64,000 nt of DNA from Pocillopora damicornis (lineage: Eukaryota), in NCBI RefSeq assembly GCF_003704095.1, contig NW_020846655.1, forward strand, positions 372,001 to 436,000, read 5' to 3'. Position 1 is the stretch's first letter. Each line of letters opens with the position of its first letter. Both the position numbers and the translations under genes were made by a program. Positions 24,608 through 38,987 of the stretch are shown piece by piece. The notes below the pieces were generated by a model that made no database searches, was not told the origin of the DNA, and saw nothing but the letters and a program-made list of their open reading frames with translations.

Positions 24608-27600
24608 ATGGCTGATGTAAAAGATGAAGAATTTGATCTCACCTTTTTGGACGAAGATGGTATCGATGTAGATGTACCTGACGCCGCTTCAACCCGACTT
24701 ATTCACCTCGACAAAGATACGGAAATCCCGAAACGATATTTGATTCGCAAGATTTTTTCACCGCATTTGGAGCCGCCAGCTCATTACCACCCTGCTGCAG
24801 AAGAGTCCCAAAGAAGGAAAAAGGTACCAGTTGTTTTGTGTCACCGTCTATATTTTTATGACCAAGCGCGCGACATTGTGCAAAAACCGAAAGGTTGTCT
24901 GTTGATTATAAAAGCATGCCCCGAGAGATTTGATTTCACAGATGTCAACGCCACAGGATAAGCTTAGCTTACGTTTAACAGATTTCGGACAATTGGAATG
25001 AAATAGTTCAAAGTGAATTCCCTGTATTTTGTTATCTAATCGTTTTTTTTTTGAGGCTCCTCTCAAAATTGTCAGCCGAACATGTAGCAAATGAACGATG
25101 TTTTTGTGCGAAATGGAGAAATGATTGACCACAAGTAATGCGCTAGGTGCAGTTTTTGTCGCTGGTTGGCTGGTTATATCGTCTTTTATGTTATAAATGT
25201 TTTAACTGAAGATATTAACCCCTCGGTGTGTATTTAGTAGGGTATTTCCGGCTTTTTCTCTAACAGGAGAAAAGCGAAAGTTCGACATCGTTTATGAGCG
25301 GGAACTCAGTCGTGTGTAGGCAGTATAACTTCTGCCATTTCCCAAAAGAAATAAACATCTCTAAATCTTTTATCTTTGTAGAAACCTGACATGTTTGCCT
25401 GTTAAGCCTAAAGTGATCCCATTTGCTGTCAATTTTGTAGTATTTCTTTTATACAGCGATTGGCGTAGGCCAGCTTGAAGTAGACAAATTCAGCGCTTGC
25501 TGTTATTAGCATTGTTTTATCGCATTAATTTGACATGACATTTGTAAAAAATGGCATTATCAGTGATTGACATCTTGTCAAGTTTCGATAAATTGAGTAT
25601 CAGCGGAAACGTGTTGAATGTAGTGTTCTATGGAAAATGGATAATTTTGAAAATTTAAACAATGTTTTGTCCATACTTTTAAATATTATGGAAATTTTTG
25701 CAGATGACAATGTCACCTTTAAATCTAGTAAATAGGAACACTGTGAAATTAACAAGTCTATTCAAATTGTGTGTTTGACAGTTTCCTTTTTTATTTAAAC
25801 ACACACATGTACTGTTTATTTAATTATAAAAGGCATTTTTTCCTGCAATACCTAGGGAGCAGTCACTTTTTTTAAAAATTGTCATTAAAGTAAGTATGCT
25901 AATCAAGATGGAAATGAATGCAGCAGGTTCATTTGAAGAATTAGCAGTGAAACTGATAGTAGTAATTAGAAAAATTGTTTAGAGTAGTTGAGTATATCAG
26001 ATATAACAATTTTATCTTGAAAATCAGGAGTGTGTTCCATTCTTCAGTTTCATCATTGAAAATATTTCCAAAGTACTGTGACTTTCACAATAAGATATGA
26101 AGATATATACATGTATTTATTATGCACCAGGCAATACTTGCATTCAATCCTGGATGTTAGTGTGACATAAATCTAGAAAAGGGGGATGGGGGAGGGGGGG
26201 GCTAAAACAGAACCTTGAGGTCAGGGAAAGTAGTTTCACCATTATTTTAACACTTTTGACTTTATTTCTGTGATTACTAAGAGTATAGATGTTGGATAGG
26301 AAGAAACCATGAGTTCCAGGGAAGTAGTGTTACTGTTAAGATTTTTAACACTTTTGACTTTATTTCTGTGACAACTATGTGTAAGACTATAGACATTGGA
26401 TTATTGTGGAGGATTTTGTTTTGTTGTTTTTTTTTTTATAATAACTGACTCAAAAGAATATTTCCATCAAAAATATTGTGTAACCAGTATGAGGGTTCAG
26501 AGATCTTTTAAAGAATTGTGAAAAGAGAAAATAGCAACAGTACAGTCTGAAAAAAATAGCAAATAGCATGGCATATTTATTAATAATTGTAGTGGCACTG
26601 AGTAGAGTCCAACTTGGTCTGTAATCATACAAGTGATTAACACAATAAGACGACTGATAAGCACAAGTTGGATTTGCTAGTCACAACAATAACAGTGAAT
26701 TAAATTTGTCAAATCACAAATAATTAGTGAAAAATAAAGCAGCTAATGTATCTCTAACATTTGAAGAAATTGTAATGTTATGATAAATCATTTAATTATG
26801 ATTTTTATAAATACCAGGTGTTTGAATTATTCAGCTACTAGCTAACACAGATTCATTCTCAATGCTAAATTACAATATCTGCGAAGGGAATACCATTAAT
26901 ACAATACTTTTTATTTCTCTTGAAAGGTTCACAGCAAGTGGGGTACTGAAGTAATCAAAGGTCGGCATAGTTATTCCAATCAAGATGACCTTGTAGCCTT
27001 ATTAAGCTTTGAAAATACATCTAGTTCTCGTAATTCCAGCCTTGATGAAACAACCATCAGAAAAGTAAGACAAGTTTTATCACAGAAGAGTGGAGATGAC
27101 AATCTAGAACCTCTACGCCATAGTGCTCTTCAGCTCTTAATGAAGTTTTCCAGTACTGCCACTTACGACAAACTGGGGCAATGTTTTTTAGAGGGAAAAA
27201 TTGAGGAAATATCTCATTTAAAACTCACTGAGATTCAAGGTTTGTTTCAATATAGGAAGTGAATTTTATTCTCAAAAAAATTGTGAGTGCAATTATGCAT
27301 CTAATGCTGAATAAGTCTCCATTGTTACTTTAGATTTTATTTGTGCACAAAACTCTTAGTGGTAAGTGGCTAACTATTTATTGGCTTTACCTAGTCCATT
27401 TTATCCAAAAACAGGACCCTGAAGGATATTTTTCCTACAGCTCCCACTCTCCCATGTTACATGAACGTTGTTACATAAATTCACATTTACACTGAGAACA
27501 GTTAATCTTGTGAAGTAGGATTGAAATATAGTCTTTTCTTATTTTGCGATGTTTTCATACATGCAAGTGTCATCATAAGCTTGTCTCAAAATGTATGTTT

Positions 27601-28557
27601 ACCACCTCAGCTATGGGCTCATCCTTTACTCCTAGCAGGCTTAAAAAAAAATGGGAAAAAGGAATTTAACGGAATTAGCCATTCATATTAGCAGTGCTGC
27701 ATATTTTTGCCATGATAAGGGGCTATGCACTCCCTAGAAATGAAAGAAAATAACACTGATTTGATGTGTTTGTATCATTTTCAGCTGTGTCTCTAATAAT
27801 TCCCCCACCATGCTTCATAGAGATAGCCATGCCTACTGATGAAGGCTCAAATCTCAAGGAAACCCTTTCCTCACTGTTGGTATCACATCATTCTACTTTC
27901 CCATTCTTAAGTGTTAGAGAACCAGAACACAAATTTAACAATGGATCAAGCCCCTCAAATTCTCCAGCATCTAAGACCAGACGGGTGGATAATGGTGGTC
28001 TAACAAAACCTGCTGTAGGTGTGATGCTAATGTTTACACAGCGAGCAGAAAAAAATTCTGAAAGCTGTTTGAGTGTAGTAAGAGGTAACTCTAAAGAATG
28101 GGAGCAAGTCAATGTGCCACAAGGAATTGCAGAAGGACCTGGTGATGAGGTTTATTTCAAAGCTGCAAATAGGGAAGGGCCTGTGTTTGCAGTCAAGAAA
28201 CTGTCACCTGGTTCTGGAGTTCGCATTATACTTTTTGTGAACAAGGACATAGACGAAGTAGAGCACTTTTACCACCTGATCACTGGTAAGCAACCACTAC
28301 ACCTAAACAAGATCGAAGAAGGCCTTAGTACCCGCACATTCCCTCTATCACCCAAACTGGAACTGCAACTTGTTTGTCATCCAGCCCTTACATCACATCC
28401 TGTGAAAAATGCTGCTCTTTGCTTCATGTTGAAAGGGAATGATGTGAACGAAATGTGTTCAGAAATTCCTGGTGGACTTCGGAACATTGGTGAAGGACAT
28501 TGGCAAGGAAAAGATCCAGAGGGAAATGCTGTTATACTTTATAGTTTACTAAAATAG
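24608..28557 (+). CDS. FAM124-like protein with an N-terminal extension; exons 24608-24823, 26927-27239, 27785-28557 (~433 aa)
   Basis: Three GT-AG exons join in frame. The last exon has FAM124-like segments (PAVGVMLMF, PVFAVKK, VRIILFVNKDIDEVEHFYHLITGKQP, LELQL). Family assigned from recalled motif resemblance. Confidence 0.7.
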
Positions 28558-31408
28558 ACTGCAACTGTTGTTTCTTGGGTTGCTTGATAGATGTATATCT
28601 TGTGATATCTTTACCTCTAAGTAGCAGTTGTGAAGGTGTACATATTTTGTGCACTGTATATTTTACTTTCTCCAAGGTGTGGCTTAGTCAGTTTTCTTTA
28701 CATAAGGACAAACATGACTGACCTGAAAATTTTGATGTCACCTCATTTTTGGAAGAAATAAAAATTTATCACTAACCCTTACACCCTAATATCAGTGTCC
28801 ATGTTCTTGATACTCCTCTCTATACATTTTCTTCAGTAATTTGTTATCAATAAAAGCTTCTTACACAGTATTAGGCTCACAATCACCTTTGTTATTCCCA
28901 TGATCTTCGTGGAATATTCAGCTGTATTACTTTAGAAATTAGATGCTAGTCACTGTTGAAAGGGTGAAGTTCACAGCATGTGGTTATGGAATATCCTTAT
29001 ATACAGCTTTCAGAAAGCAATCAAGTGTTCTTTCTCTGGTCAAAGAGTGTTTTTATTTAATTTAATGGATATTTTTAATAACTTTTATTTAGTAAAGTTC
29101 CTTCTGTCAGAATCCAAAAACTGAAAACAGATGAATATAGCTGAAATCAATGTAAAGTGAAAACTCCAATGGCATGAAAAAAGTTTTAATAACAACAGAC
29201 TTTGTTAAGACACTCGGAGGACTATATAGATTTTGTACACATTCTGTAGGATAAGGTTGTGAAAAAATCTCCCTTAAATTAAAGCAAGGATATTATAATA
29301 TTTCTACAAATATCCAAGTAGAATCTACTCCACAATATGAACTTCAACACTTAATCTGCCTTTTTTTGTTGCTTAAGATAGATAGTAACGTATAGAGGTA
29401 ACAAGAAATTTGCTTTCCGCGGCAGTCACGTGTAGATATCACATATGGATTAATTTAGTTTCAATTAAACATCTAGTATCACTGAACAAGGTATGGTACT
29501 TAGTGGTATGGTATTCATGGTAGGTTATTGAAGGCACAGCTGTTGTAACTTACCGGTAATCAAACATGAAGCAGCAATGGTAAAAGATTCTCTGTCTGTT
29601 TTGTCTTATTTTTTTATTTTTTTTTTTTTTGTTGGTTGACTACACTTGCTGATGTTTCTGAATTATGCTGATTGAGAAGAACAATTCTATAACCTCACTA
29701 ACCTGTTTCCCAGAGTCCTCTCTTTTCCTCCCTTGAGAGAGAAGCCTAGGAAAAAGTTTACAACCTCACTTCAACGTTATTCGTCCAATCTGCACGATTT
29801 TTGATCAACTGTCCTTGACAGCATACAAAACAGTTTAATACGTCCCTTAGTTTCCTGGTCTACCTTGCAAATGTCTAAAGTTAACTCTGTTGTGACAGTG
29901 AATTTATTACTATTATTTCAATATGTCTAGTCTTGTTATTAATGAGTGCCAGTATTTCTTTGAAATAAGGAAATCATTTATTACTAGCCTGTTAAACCAG
30001 CGGAAGGGGCTGGTAACTGCATAGTTTTACCATAGTGAATTAACTGCAATGATGGAGCCCGATTTACGTCTTTCCCCGTTGACATTGTCCTTATCTTTGA
30101 CGGGAGTTGCAGAACTAGATCCCCACGCCGACGTGGAGGGAATGTAAAGAATGAGTATGAAATCCCTCTCTTCAATATAAAGTCCTAATTTCAGCAGCTT
30201 GGCGACGGGCACCAACTCTCCGAAAAATTTGGGCTTTATACTTCCCAAGGTCAAGCAATACTGAATATATGACAATTTAATTTTCATTTAAGGATTAACA
30301 TATCAAATATAGGTCAATATACAGGTGAACAAATATAGCAGGAAAAAAAGTCTTTTTCTTTTATTCTTTGGTGATTAAAAGAAATGATTAGACAATTAGC
30401 GCGCTTAGCTCGCAGGATTGTGCGCGCCACCAAGCACACGGGTTTCTTTCAAGAGAAACAACTGAAGGAAGGACTTAGGGCCGGCTATTTACTCGAAGTC
30501 TAACCCAAACCACGGTTTTACGCAATCAGTGGACCTGAGGCTTTCTCTGTATGAGGGTTGATTTAATCAAACAAATATTCTGGCAATGTCAACTTTAGGC
30601 CCTCTTTACACTGTTCACAAAGATAAATGTTCGGATAAAAGGTTCAGTTGGATTGAGGATCGTTTAGGACGCAGTTTCATCAAACGACGGCTGAATTTCT
30701 TTTAATGACCATACCTTAGAATTTTAACTAAGCCGAGAATCAAGCGCTCAGACCATTACCAACCCGCACTGGGCAACTGGTAGAAACAGACGCAAAGAGA
30801 ACAGGGAGAGGGCGAGTGAATTACCTTGTAGCTGAATTTTAACGGCATTGTGGACAAGAAGGGAATGAAGAAAAGTTAAGAGACTTTATTTATTCACTTA
30901 GAGACTGTAATTGCCAAGTTAATGGATGTCATTGCCGTCTGTTTTCTTTTGAAAAACTATTAAGGAAAAATATGCAGGTGAACAAATGAAGCGGACAGTT
31001 AAAAACGCCACTTCTCCCCTTTTATAATCAATGCCAAAAGTTACATTTTCTGAAGTGTAAACGTATTAACAGGCTGGAATTGCAACTCATTCGAACTGAC
31101 TGAGGCATTTTAGGTGAGTTTGATTCTTTATCATTACTTCCTTTTTCCAAAAAATATTTCTTTCGTTGTATACTAGTAATCACAGCGAAACGTTTCGAAG
31201 CTACAGTTTAGTGCAATTACACACACCCCTTAATCGTGGGAGACTGAGATCTCAAAAATTTACTCTTAAAAGTTAAAATTAGCAAGAATTAAACTCAAGG
31301 TCCAACTAAAAGATCACAGAACTCAAAAATTGTATCTTTGAATGGCTTGACTACGCAAAAATCCAGATCACTAACTATCCTGAAGCGAGGGACTGATCAC
31401 AAGTAACC

Positions 31409-33103
31409 TCATGTAAGAGAGACCCTGGGCGCCATTTGTAGTAGATATGCTTCAAGATCCTTAAACCGCTTGACGTAAAAGCTGGTAATACCCTGCAAAT
31501 CTTTCATGACGTAAGACTGTAACTCACGTGTTGTTTGATTGATGTAAGTTAGAGTAGACTTACCCTCCTGCCCCTCAGTTTCTCTAATGAGTAACCCTGA
31601 GCACAAGTGCTCTTTCCGGTTGTACTGTGGGTATGGAGGTAGCGTTGTCAGTATTACTGATCGGTAGGCGATGGTGAAGTGGTCTCTGCCATCACTTGGA
31701 GCTCTGCGTGACACTAGTAGTACTACGTCATCTGGTTTCGTTGCGTTATGCATCTTGTTCTCTAGCACCATATGGAGTATCTCATCATCGTTATCAACGA
31801 CTTCCATCACTTGAACTTTAATCAAAAGAGGATCCCATTCTTTGCGGGCTTTCTCGTCCCTCAGTAACGTGAAAATAATTTCAGCCCGGAGCTGAATAGA
31901 GAGCGAGACCTTTACACAGAGATAGTTGTCACTTTCACACTTGGAGAGCGTGACACCATCAGACGATTGCACCTCTTGCCATTTTGTTAGCTGGTATAGT
32001 TTCACCAAAGCCTCTATGTTGTTATAGTTAAGCAACTGACCATTGCATTGGTTCCAAGGTACGGCGATCACAGGACCAACAGATTTGCGGATTTGTTCAC
32101 GCTCAAAGCGCAGGCGTTTTCGAGCCATAGCCTCTAATGCTCGTCGTTTTTCTTCGTCCGTCCCCATCCTTAACTTGGGTAACATTTTTAAGCCTCCTCT
32201 CCCATCACCGCACCGCGGAGCCGCAAAAATCAAGAACGCACTATTTACATGTCGCACCTCACCACCGATGGAGTAAGCTTCTACTCGACATCCCACCTCC
32301 ATATGGACGTCATACGTGTTGTTCACCATCGTCTTGATGACCACTCGGTCTCCCACTTTGATGGGTCCACGGAACTTGACCTCATCGACTGCTTCCAGTT
32401 GCGGGTAAGACCGACACAAGCGAGTAGCTGTGATGGTGCAAGCGGCTACCATCCATGCCATGATCTGACCCCCGAATGCTGTTTGATGATGGTTTGCATG
32501 TGGAGGAAGAACTAGCTCTACACTTTCTAGCGAGGTATTAGCAGGTACAATGTCTCCGTTAGTGCGGGTCTCATTCTCCGAACTGCACATTTCACAGTCA
32601 AGCTGTTCATTGTGCTTTTTAGCAAGCTCTCTCAGGTTGACTGGGTATTGAATACGCATTCTCCTCCTCTCGTTGGCGAGAGTGTATTGTGATTTCTCCT
32701 CCTCTGTGAAAGGAACCACGGGGGTCAATTGCTGTTTTTGGTGGTTCTTATCCAGGGCTACGAATGTAAAGAAAGCGTTGCAAACATTTTTTATCTCGCC
32801 ACTAAGCAGGTCTTCCACTCTTATCGACACTCCAACTTCCATACTTGTATGGAAAGCGCGATTTACTCTCGCAGTGATGTTAACCACTTGGCCAACGTAG
32901 ATTTGTTGTTCAAAGTAGAGTTCGTCGATGGAGGCCGTCACACAAGAAGTTCGAGCGTGTTTCTCAGCCGACAGACAAGCTGCTGCGTCCATCCACTTCA
33001 GAAGTTGTCCACCACTGAGGCAGTGTTCTTGTCGCTCGTTTGTATGCGAAGGGAGAACGAGCTTATTCATTTCAACTTCGGTAATATTCTTGTACGAATC
33101 CAT
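31409..33103 (-). CDS. Acyl-CoA thioesterase ACOT11/ACOT12-like (two hotdog domains plus START domain), single coding exon, 564 aa
   Basis: Hotdog motifs LVLPSHTN..GQLLKWMDAAACLSAEKH and LVLPPHANHHQTAFGGQIMAWM; START-like C-terminus (RKEWD, DVVLLVSRR, IAYRSV). Confidence 0.92.
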   Translation of the reverse strand: MDSYKNITEVEMNKLVLPSHTNERQEHCLSGGQLLKWMDAAACLSAEKHARTSCVTASIDELYFEQQIYVGQVVNITARVNRAFHTSMEVGVSIRVEDLLSGEIKNVCNAFFTFVALDKNHQKQQLTPVVPFTEEEKSQYTLANERRRMRIQYPVNLRELAKKHNEQLDCEMCSSENETRTNGDIVPANTSLESVELVLPPHANHHQTAFGGQIMAWMVAACTITATRLCRSYPQLEAVDEVKFRGPIKVGDRVVIKTMVNNTYDVHMEVGCRVEAYSIGGEVRHVNSAFLIFAAPRCGDGRGGLKMLPKLRMGTDEEKRRALEAMARKRLRFEREQIRKSVGPVIAVPWNQCNGQLLNYNNIEALVKLYQLTKWQEVQSSDGVTLSKCESDNYLCVKVSLSIQLRAEIIFTLLRDEKARKEWDPLLIKVQVMEVVDNDDEILHMVLENKMHNATKPDDVVLLVSRRAPSDGRDHFTIAYRSVILTTLPPYPQYNRKEHLCSGLLIRETEGQEGKSTLTYINQTTRELQSYVMKDLQGITSFYVKRFKDLEAYLLQMAPRVSLT

Positions 33104-35139
33104 TGTTGCAATTGCTATTAACTTGTTTCCGCTTGTTGTGACCTCGTATCTATATTCAATAACTCAATAATCGAGAAAAGCGAGAATACCAAAGGCAGTT
33201 CGAGTTATGACTCACTGCCGTGAATTTCAGCTCCTCTGAGTCAGATTAAGCGGTTCAATAGACTTTACTTGCATTGACGTGTTTGACTAAGTTTGTAAAC
33301 ACGTGAAGTAATTTGCATGTTGTGTGACCTCATGTTGTTTTGACTCTTTAAGAAAGGGATGGCGTGACAAATGGACGAAACTCCGGCTTAGAGATAAAGG
33401 AACACATCAACCAAAACATTCTCAAACAGCATACGAAACTTCACCCCAGAGACAAAAGATAGTAATATTGGAAACTCGCCAAATCATACTCACAAAGCTT
33501 CGATAGTCTCACGCTCTCTAAAAACACATTTCTGATATCTATCTATCTTTTTTCGGTTTGCTTCTTGTTTGTTTGGTTGTTGTTGTTGTTTTTTTTTTCC
33601 AAGTTTTGCAATTTTTCTTTTTTCCTTGTCCCTTATTTTTTGTTAACTGTAAAGGTTTGATTGAGAGTTTTGTTTGAAAGGAAGTGCATTGGTTCACCTG
33701 CGATAGTTCTCCTTTATTTTGGGATTGAACATAGTAATGGCGAAGGGGGTCGACAGGTCGATGTAAACTTCGTGAGAAACCTGAAATTGTCCAAAGAATC
33801 AGCTCCCTCAAAGCATACATAATAATATTAGGTATGAAATATAACAATCCACAGTATCTAAAATCGAGCAGCCAAACGGACCAAAAGGCCATTGAAAGAT
33901 AAAAAAAAATATTTTTAAATCCTTCTTTTTAAGAAAAAAAATCAACAATTTATCTACTTTCGAGCTCGTAGGGTACGCATGGGTGTACCTGCCATGATAT
34001 CAAATAATACATATGAAAGAGAAAAGGGCGAAGCCTATCGTGATGTTATCATGACAGGGTGGGAACTACCCAGTCAAATGAAAGAACCAGAGGAGACTGG
34101 TTGATGAGTGATGACGTTTATGAAACATGCAGTGAAATAAGTAACTCGCAATAGGCCTCATTATCAGCACTTCCGAATCGGCGAATCTAACAAGATTTCA
34201 GTGAATTCTAACTTTCCACCCAGTCGTGTTCAGGAGGTCGCATTTCCTCCCACCCCCTGAAAAAGAAACTCCTAGGAAGGCTACGGCACTTTTCCCTATC
34301 CCCCCCCATGGCTGATTAGTCTCTTCAACGTGAGGTTCAGTGATAAAGCTACAAAGTTTGTTAGTATGCGATTATGTTTTGATCTATTTTCTGCGCGGTT
34401 TTACTCAGACTACGTCACTTTTCGGGCAAAAAGGTATATAAAAATAAAAAACTTTGTGAGTGTTTACATAACTTAATCTGAGAACATGATTTTCTCTAGT
34501 AAAGAATACAATCTTGGTGCTCCTATAAAAAAAAAAAAAGAAGAAAAATAAGGAACAATTATTCCACAATATAACCTTGGAAGCCTGAAGAAAAATATTG
34601 TCAGTATGATAACCGATATTCAGCGGAAAAAGGAACATAAAATACAAGGCTCTCGGTCCATCTGAGGCATGAACACTACATACTCCATAGTTCATTGCCC
34701 AGAGCCCACTGAATATCAAGAATGGGCTATCACGCCACTGATTATCAGAGAATCCGCGTTTCCTTTCATTTTGCATATTTCTTTTCTAAACTAACATAAA
34801 AAAAAAAACGCGGCGATCATTTTAAGAGCGCTTCAGTAAGGTGACTTAATCTGCGACCAATCAGAATGTTTGCATCTTTATAATCGCCCTATGGTATACT
34901 AGGAAAATATAACGTGCAAGACTCCTGTAGATTACTATGGATACAATTGTTGTTATTAAGTCCGTAATTTGAATTTTAAATTCTATCTTTTGCATTTGAA
35001 GAGAATTTACTTTTCACATTTACGTAAGGCTTCCCCGGGCGTTCCTGATTCAGCCACTAATTTCTCTGATTCGTTACGTACAGCCAAAACAGGAGCTGTA
35101 GAAGAAACTGTAGAAGACTTTCACGGGCGCCACAAAACT

Positions 35140-38100
35140 ATGACAGAGTGGAAATATTGTCGCTTTATAATGGTCATTGGTAGTTTAACTGTGCTCTTCC
35201 TGGTTGGGAGAGTGTTGGAGTTGCCCTTAAAGAAGACTATAATAGGTAAGCTTGGCAAAGCTGCTCATTAAGAAAGAGAGGTCTTTTATAAAAGTTTACA
35301 AGAGGAGGTATTTAGTTAAAGAATTTGAAGAATATCGTTGAAAAAAAAAACATATTATCTTGCCCTTTTAAGGGTACCAACAAAGTTTCTATAGTTTGGT
35401 AGTGCTACGAGAATGAAATGTACTCTTTTTGAAAAACTATCAGGTTTACATTCGAAAACCCGTTTTGATGTATTGGACAAAAAAGTTAATTCAAGTTGTT
35501 TTTATGTAGCCCCCCGGCGAGTTTTCGTTTCAAACTTAATCATGGATTTTTCAAGTGATAACGAATTGCATAATTCGTTGATACAGAGGCTAGTAATTCA
35601 TCGCTGATAAATTTGTCCTTTTGGGATAAAAACATTTGATGCCTGCAACTGCCACATCCTCGGAGACCATATCCCTCGGTAAAACCTTTGATTAGAGGTG
35701 AATAACTAAAAAAAATTCATGACAGTTATCAAGGAAAGTAAACTATAATCGCAGAATTTTTAATAATTCAAGTACTCTATCGTTTGATCTCTCTGCCTCC
35801 TAAGGGAAGTAGATTATTGTCGGTGAATTAAAACACCAAATCAGACATTTTTTGTAGCGGTAACACAGACTAACAACTCGGGGAAAAAAGGTTACGATTT
35901 TCTTCTTTTTCGGTTTTAAAAGAAAAACATTTATTTTGAAAATTTTGCAGAATCGGTCGGGTTTAATAATATTGCCATGCATTAACAAACTTTTCTTTCA
36001 GCGTATTCCTGTATTAGCTTGGAATATTCAGCGCAGCTGATCTCAAATGGTCTTTATTTTGACTATATCATTCTCAAGAGTGTCCAAGAAGTAATTTAAC
36101 CTTACAATATCAATACACTATTAAGCAGACTGGCGATAAGAAAATAAAAAAACCGAGGTAAATCATTTGATTAAAAAAAAAAAAGAAACAAACTCTCACG
36201 ACTAATTGCATAAGAAATGTCAGGTAGAAGGTTAGGATGAGTGCTGTTTACATCTTGGAAATGAAAGGGTCAAAGGCTCGCCGAAGCTTTTAGAAGTGCG
36301 CCTCTGTTTACCCTAAGTTGTGTTATGTACCGCTGGTCATCATACGAGCTATTTGCTTGTTTTAAAAGGAATACAACGCTATCTGTTGGAGGGTTCCTGA
36401 AATATACTCAGGATCTCTATTTCTCTGTTTAAAAAGTAAACATACATTGATAAAATCTTCTTGCTTTGTACAGGACCATTTGTCATTCATCCGGGTGGAA
36501 CCACAAAGAATAAAACGGTATCTATTTGTCTCTTGGTTAGAATCTCTTCTCACAGTTTTATTTTGTGTAAATCGACAACCTTTAAAATCCTAAAATATAA
36601 CATACATGGGGCAGTAACGAAACCAAACTTATTGGAAACAAAAGACAAATGGGTAGCGTTTATTTCCCAGCGAGATCATACAACTGTAACAGTGTATTCA
36701 AAGACCAGGTTGTCTCGGAAAGACTTCAGGTTACATGGTCATTTTTAACTCTAGCCGCCTTAAGTTCTTGGCGTGTTAGAAGAAAATGCTAACCGACAAG
36801 AGAGATGAATGAAAAAAGGTTCCTCAGTCTAAAAAACTAGAATACCTTTCTTGATCTGCAAAGTTCATCGATAAATTCCGTGAAAAGCCAGCTTAAAAAA
36901 AGGATGGTGTGCGAAATACTGGGCTGTGAGAATAATTTTCCATTCAGCGGGGGTTCCTGTATGTCAGGTTGCTCTATTATTTGAAGTTGGACATTTTATG
37001 GTAAAAATTCTGTAACGACAGAATTTCCCCTTACAATAACGATACAATGATGAGAATAAAGCAAGATATCAATTGGAGGATTAGCTGATCCAACACCAAA
37101 TTCTCAGAACTAACGCTATAAGAATTGTATGGCAGACAGTAAGGAGAATTACTTATGAGATGTGGGAGTAAAGGGGTCAGTAATGGAATATTCAAGGAAC
37201 CCTTGCTCGTACAGAAGCTCTTGTCGTGTTATTTACTTCAGCATACAGGGTGTCGGTTAACCTCTGATTCTGGTACGTTTCGCAAAGTTAGCAAGCTTTT
37301 TAAAATTACTTTTCCCTTTATGACAACGTTCACAACTAGTTTGGGTTTTTGGTATCAAATGGGCTCAATTTTAGGGTCTGTGCCCTCTTTACTCAACCTT
37401 TATTCAAAATTTACTGTCTTGCAACGCGGGGCCATCCTGTAAGACAGGGGTCCGCTGAATGCAAGTATAGAGGAGGACAATAGGGACTTTAAGAAAACCA
37501 CGACGGCAATGGCAACGAGAACGTCACGTAGTAAACAAAAGGTTTAGTGAGCAGAACAATGGCCCTGCACTTGCATTGTAAATTTCTTTGCGTCCTTTGA
37601 TGAAATGACCAAAATTTACGAACGTGAACGACAACAGCTAATTTTCCTAATTTTCTAACGCTGTGTTCCATATTTAGCTTAGACAGTGGGAAGAGTATCG
37701 AGATTCGTCATTTTTTTAACCGAAGTTGTCCACGGCGTCGCCGTCGGTCGTTTCTTAAACCCCGTATTATCAGGACTTCCGCTAAATGTAGGGTCAACTA
37801 CATACTGGTTTCACTGTAACCCCCAGACTGTGCCTATTAAACATCGGAACAAAAAGAAGTAGTCTACATAGTTTTGAGCACTCTTAACATTTGAAACTAT
37901 TGTCACTTTTCGTGTGCTCTCTGCCACATGTGACTACCGTTTTTACTCTTACAGTCAAACACAACCTTGGCGGTTAACGATGCTTTTACGAGAGCCGCCA
38001 AAACACAAGCAGCAAGAAAAAGACACCTGACACATTATTGCAGGACACATTCTAAAAATCCAGAACTACCTGATAAACAGCAGCTTGGGCAACTTCTTGT

Positions 38101-38848
38101 CGACGATGACGAAAATTATATCTTTTGCTCTGTTCCTAAGGTTGCCAGCACAACAATTAAGGGAATTTTGTTGAGTTTGCGAAATGACAGCGATAAAATT
38201 GAGAAATTTTCCGTGCATACGCCGAGTTTGTGGCAACACATGAGTCAATTCAACAAGACGGAAAACTCAAAACGTCTAATGACACATTTTAAGTTCCTTT
38301 TTGTACGTGAGCCGTTTCACCGTTTACTATCCGCCTACAAAGACAAATTCTGGGGGAGTAATCGAATATACACAAATGGTTTTCGCCGAATAATAGTCCA
38401 AGAATTCAGACCTCAAGATATTGAAACAATCAGCACTACAACTAACAATGTGACTTTCAATGAATTTCTCAGGTACATCTTAACTTATCCTGATTCCTTC
38501 ATCTCCCGCGATGACCACTGGAAACAATACGCAAATCTTTGTTTCCCTTGTGTCATTCAATTTGATTTCATCGGCCATTATGAAACGTTAGACGACGACG
38601 ACGCCACTTATTTACTAAAACTGGCGGGAATTGACGACCGCGTGGTTTTCCCGCCAATTCATTCGTCGAGAGCTGACGATGATTTCCTCAAATTCTATTC
38701 ACAAGTTCCACACCAGCTTATTTTTCGAATAGGAGAAATTTTTAAGAAAGATTTTGAAATGTTTGGTTATTCCTTCCCTGGACCCTTAAAAGAATTACTT
38801 ACAAACTATACAATGAATACTAACTCTGATTCTAGGAAACATGAGTAA
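35140..38848 (+). CDS. Golgi carbohydrate sulfotransferase (CHST8-14/HNK-1ST family); exons 35140-35245, 36474-36517, 37955-38848 (~347 aa)
   Basis: Type II TM anchor in exon 1. A 44-nt middle exon reconciles the phases. PAPS-binding motifs CSVPKVASTT and FLFVREPFHRLLSAYKDKF, plus DDHW, CFPC and FDFIGHYETL. Confidence 0.88.
37481..37768. mobile_element. MITE-like repeat with imperfect terminal inverted repeats in CHST intron 2
   Basis: TAGGGACTTTAAGAAAACCACGACGGC ... GCCGTCGGTCGTTTCTTAAACCCCGTA; a similarly ended element lies at ~18745-18972. Confidence 0.6.
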
Positions 38849-38987
38849 AACTCATATTTTTAAAGATCCATATTATTTTGTAAAGAGAGACGGATGACAA
38901 AGTATTTTTTCCACGCTGACTATAGGTACTAGGGGAATCAATACAACTACAACGAATGCTCTGTCTCTCAGAAGTGGAAAAATAAAG

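Noticed and set aside
26225-26402. Short tandem duplication and G-run in FAM124-like intron 1
   Set aside because: Real (TTTTAACACTTTTGACTTTATTTCTGTGA occurs twice), but ordinary local slippage or duplication with no sign of function.
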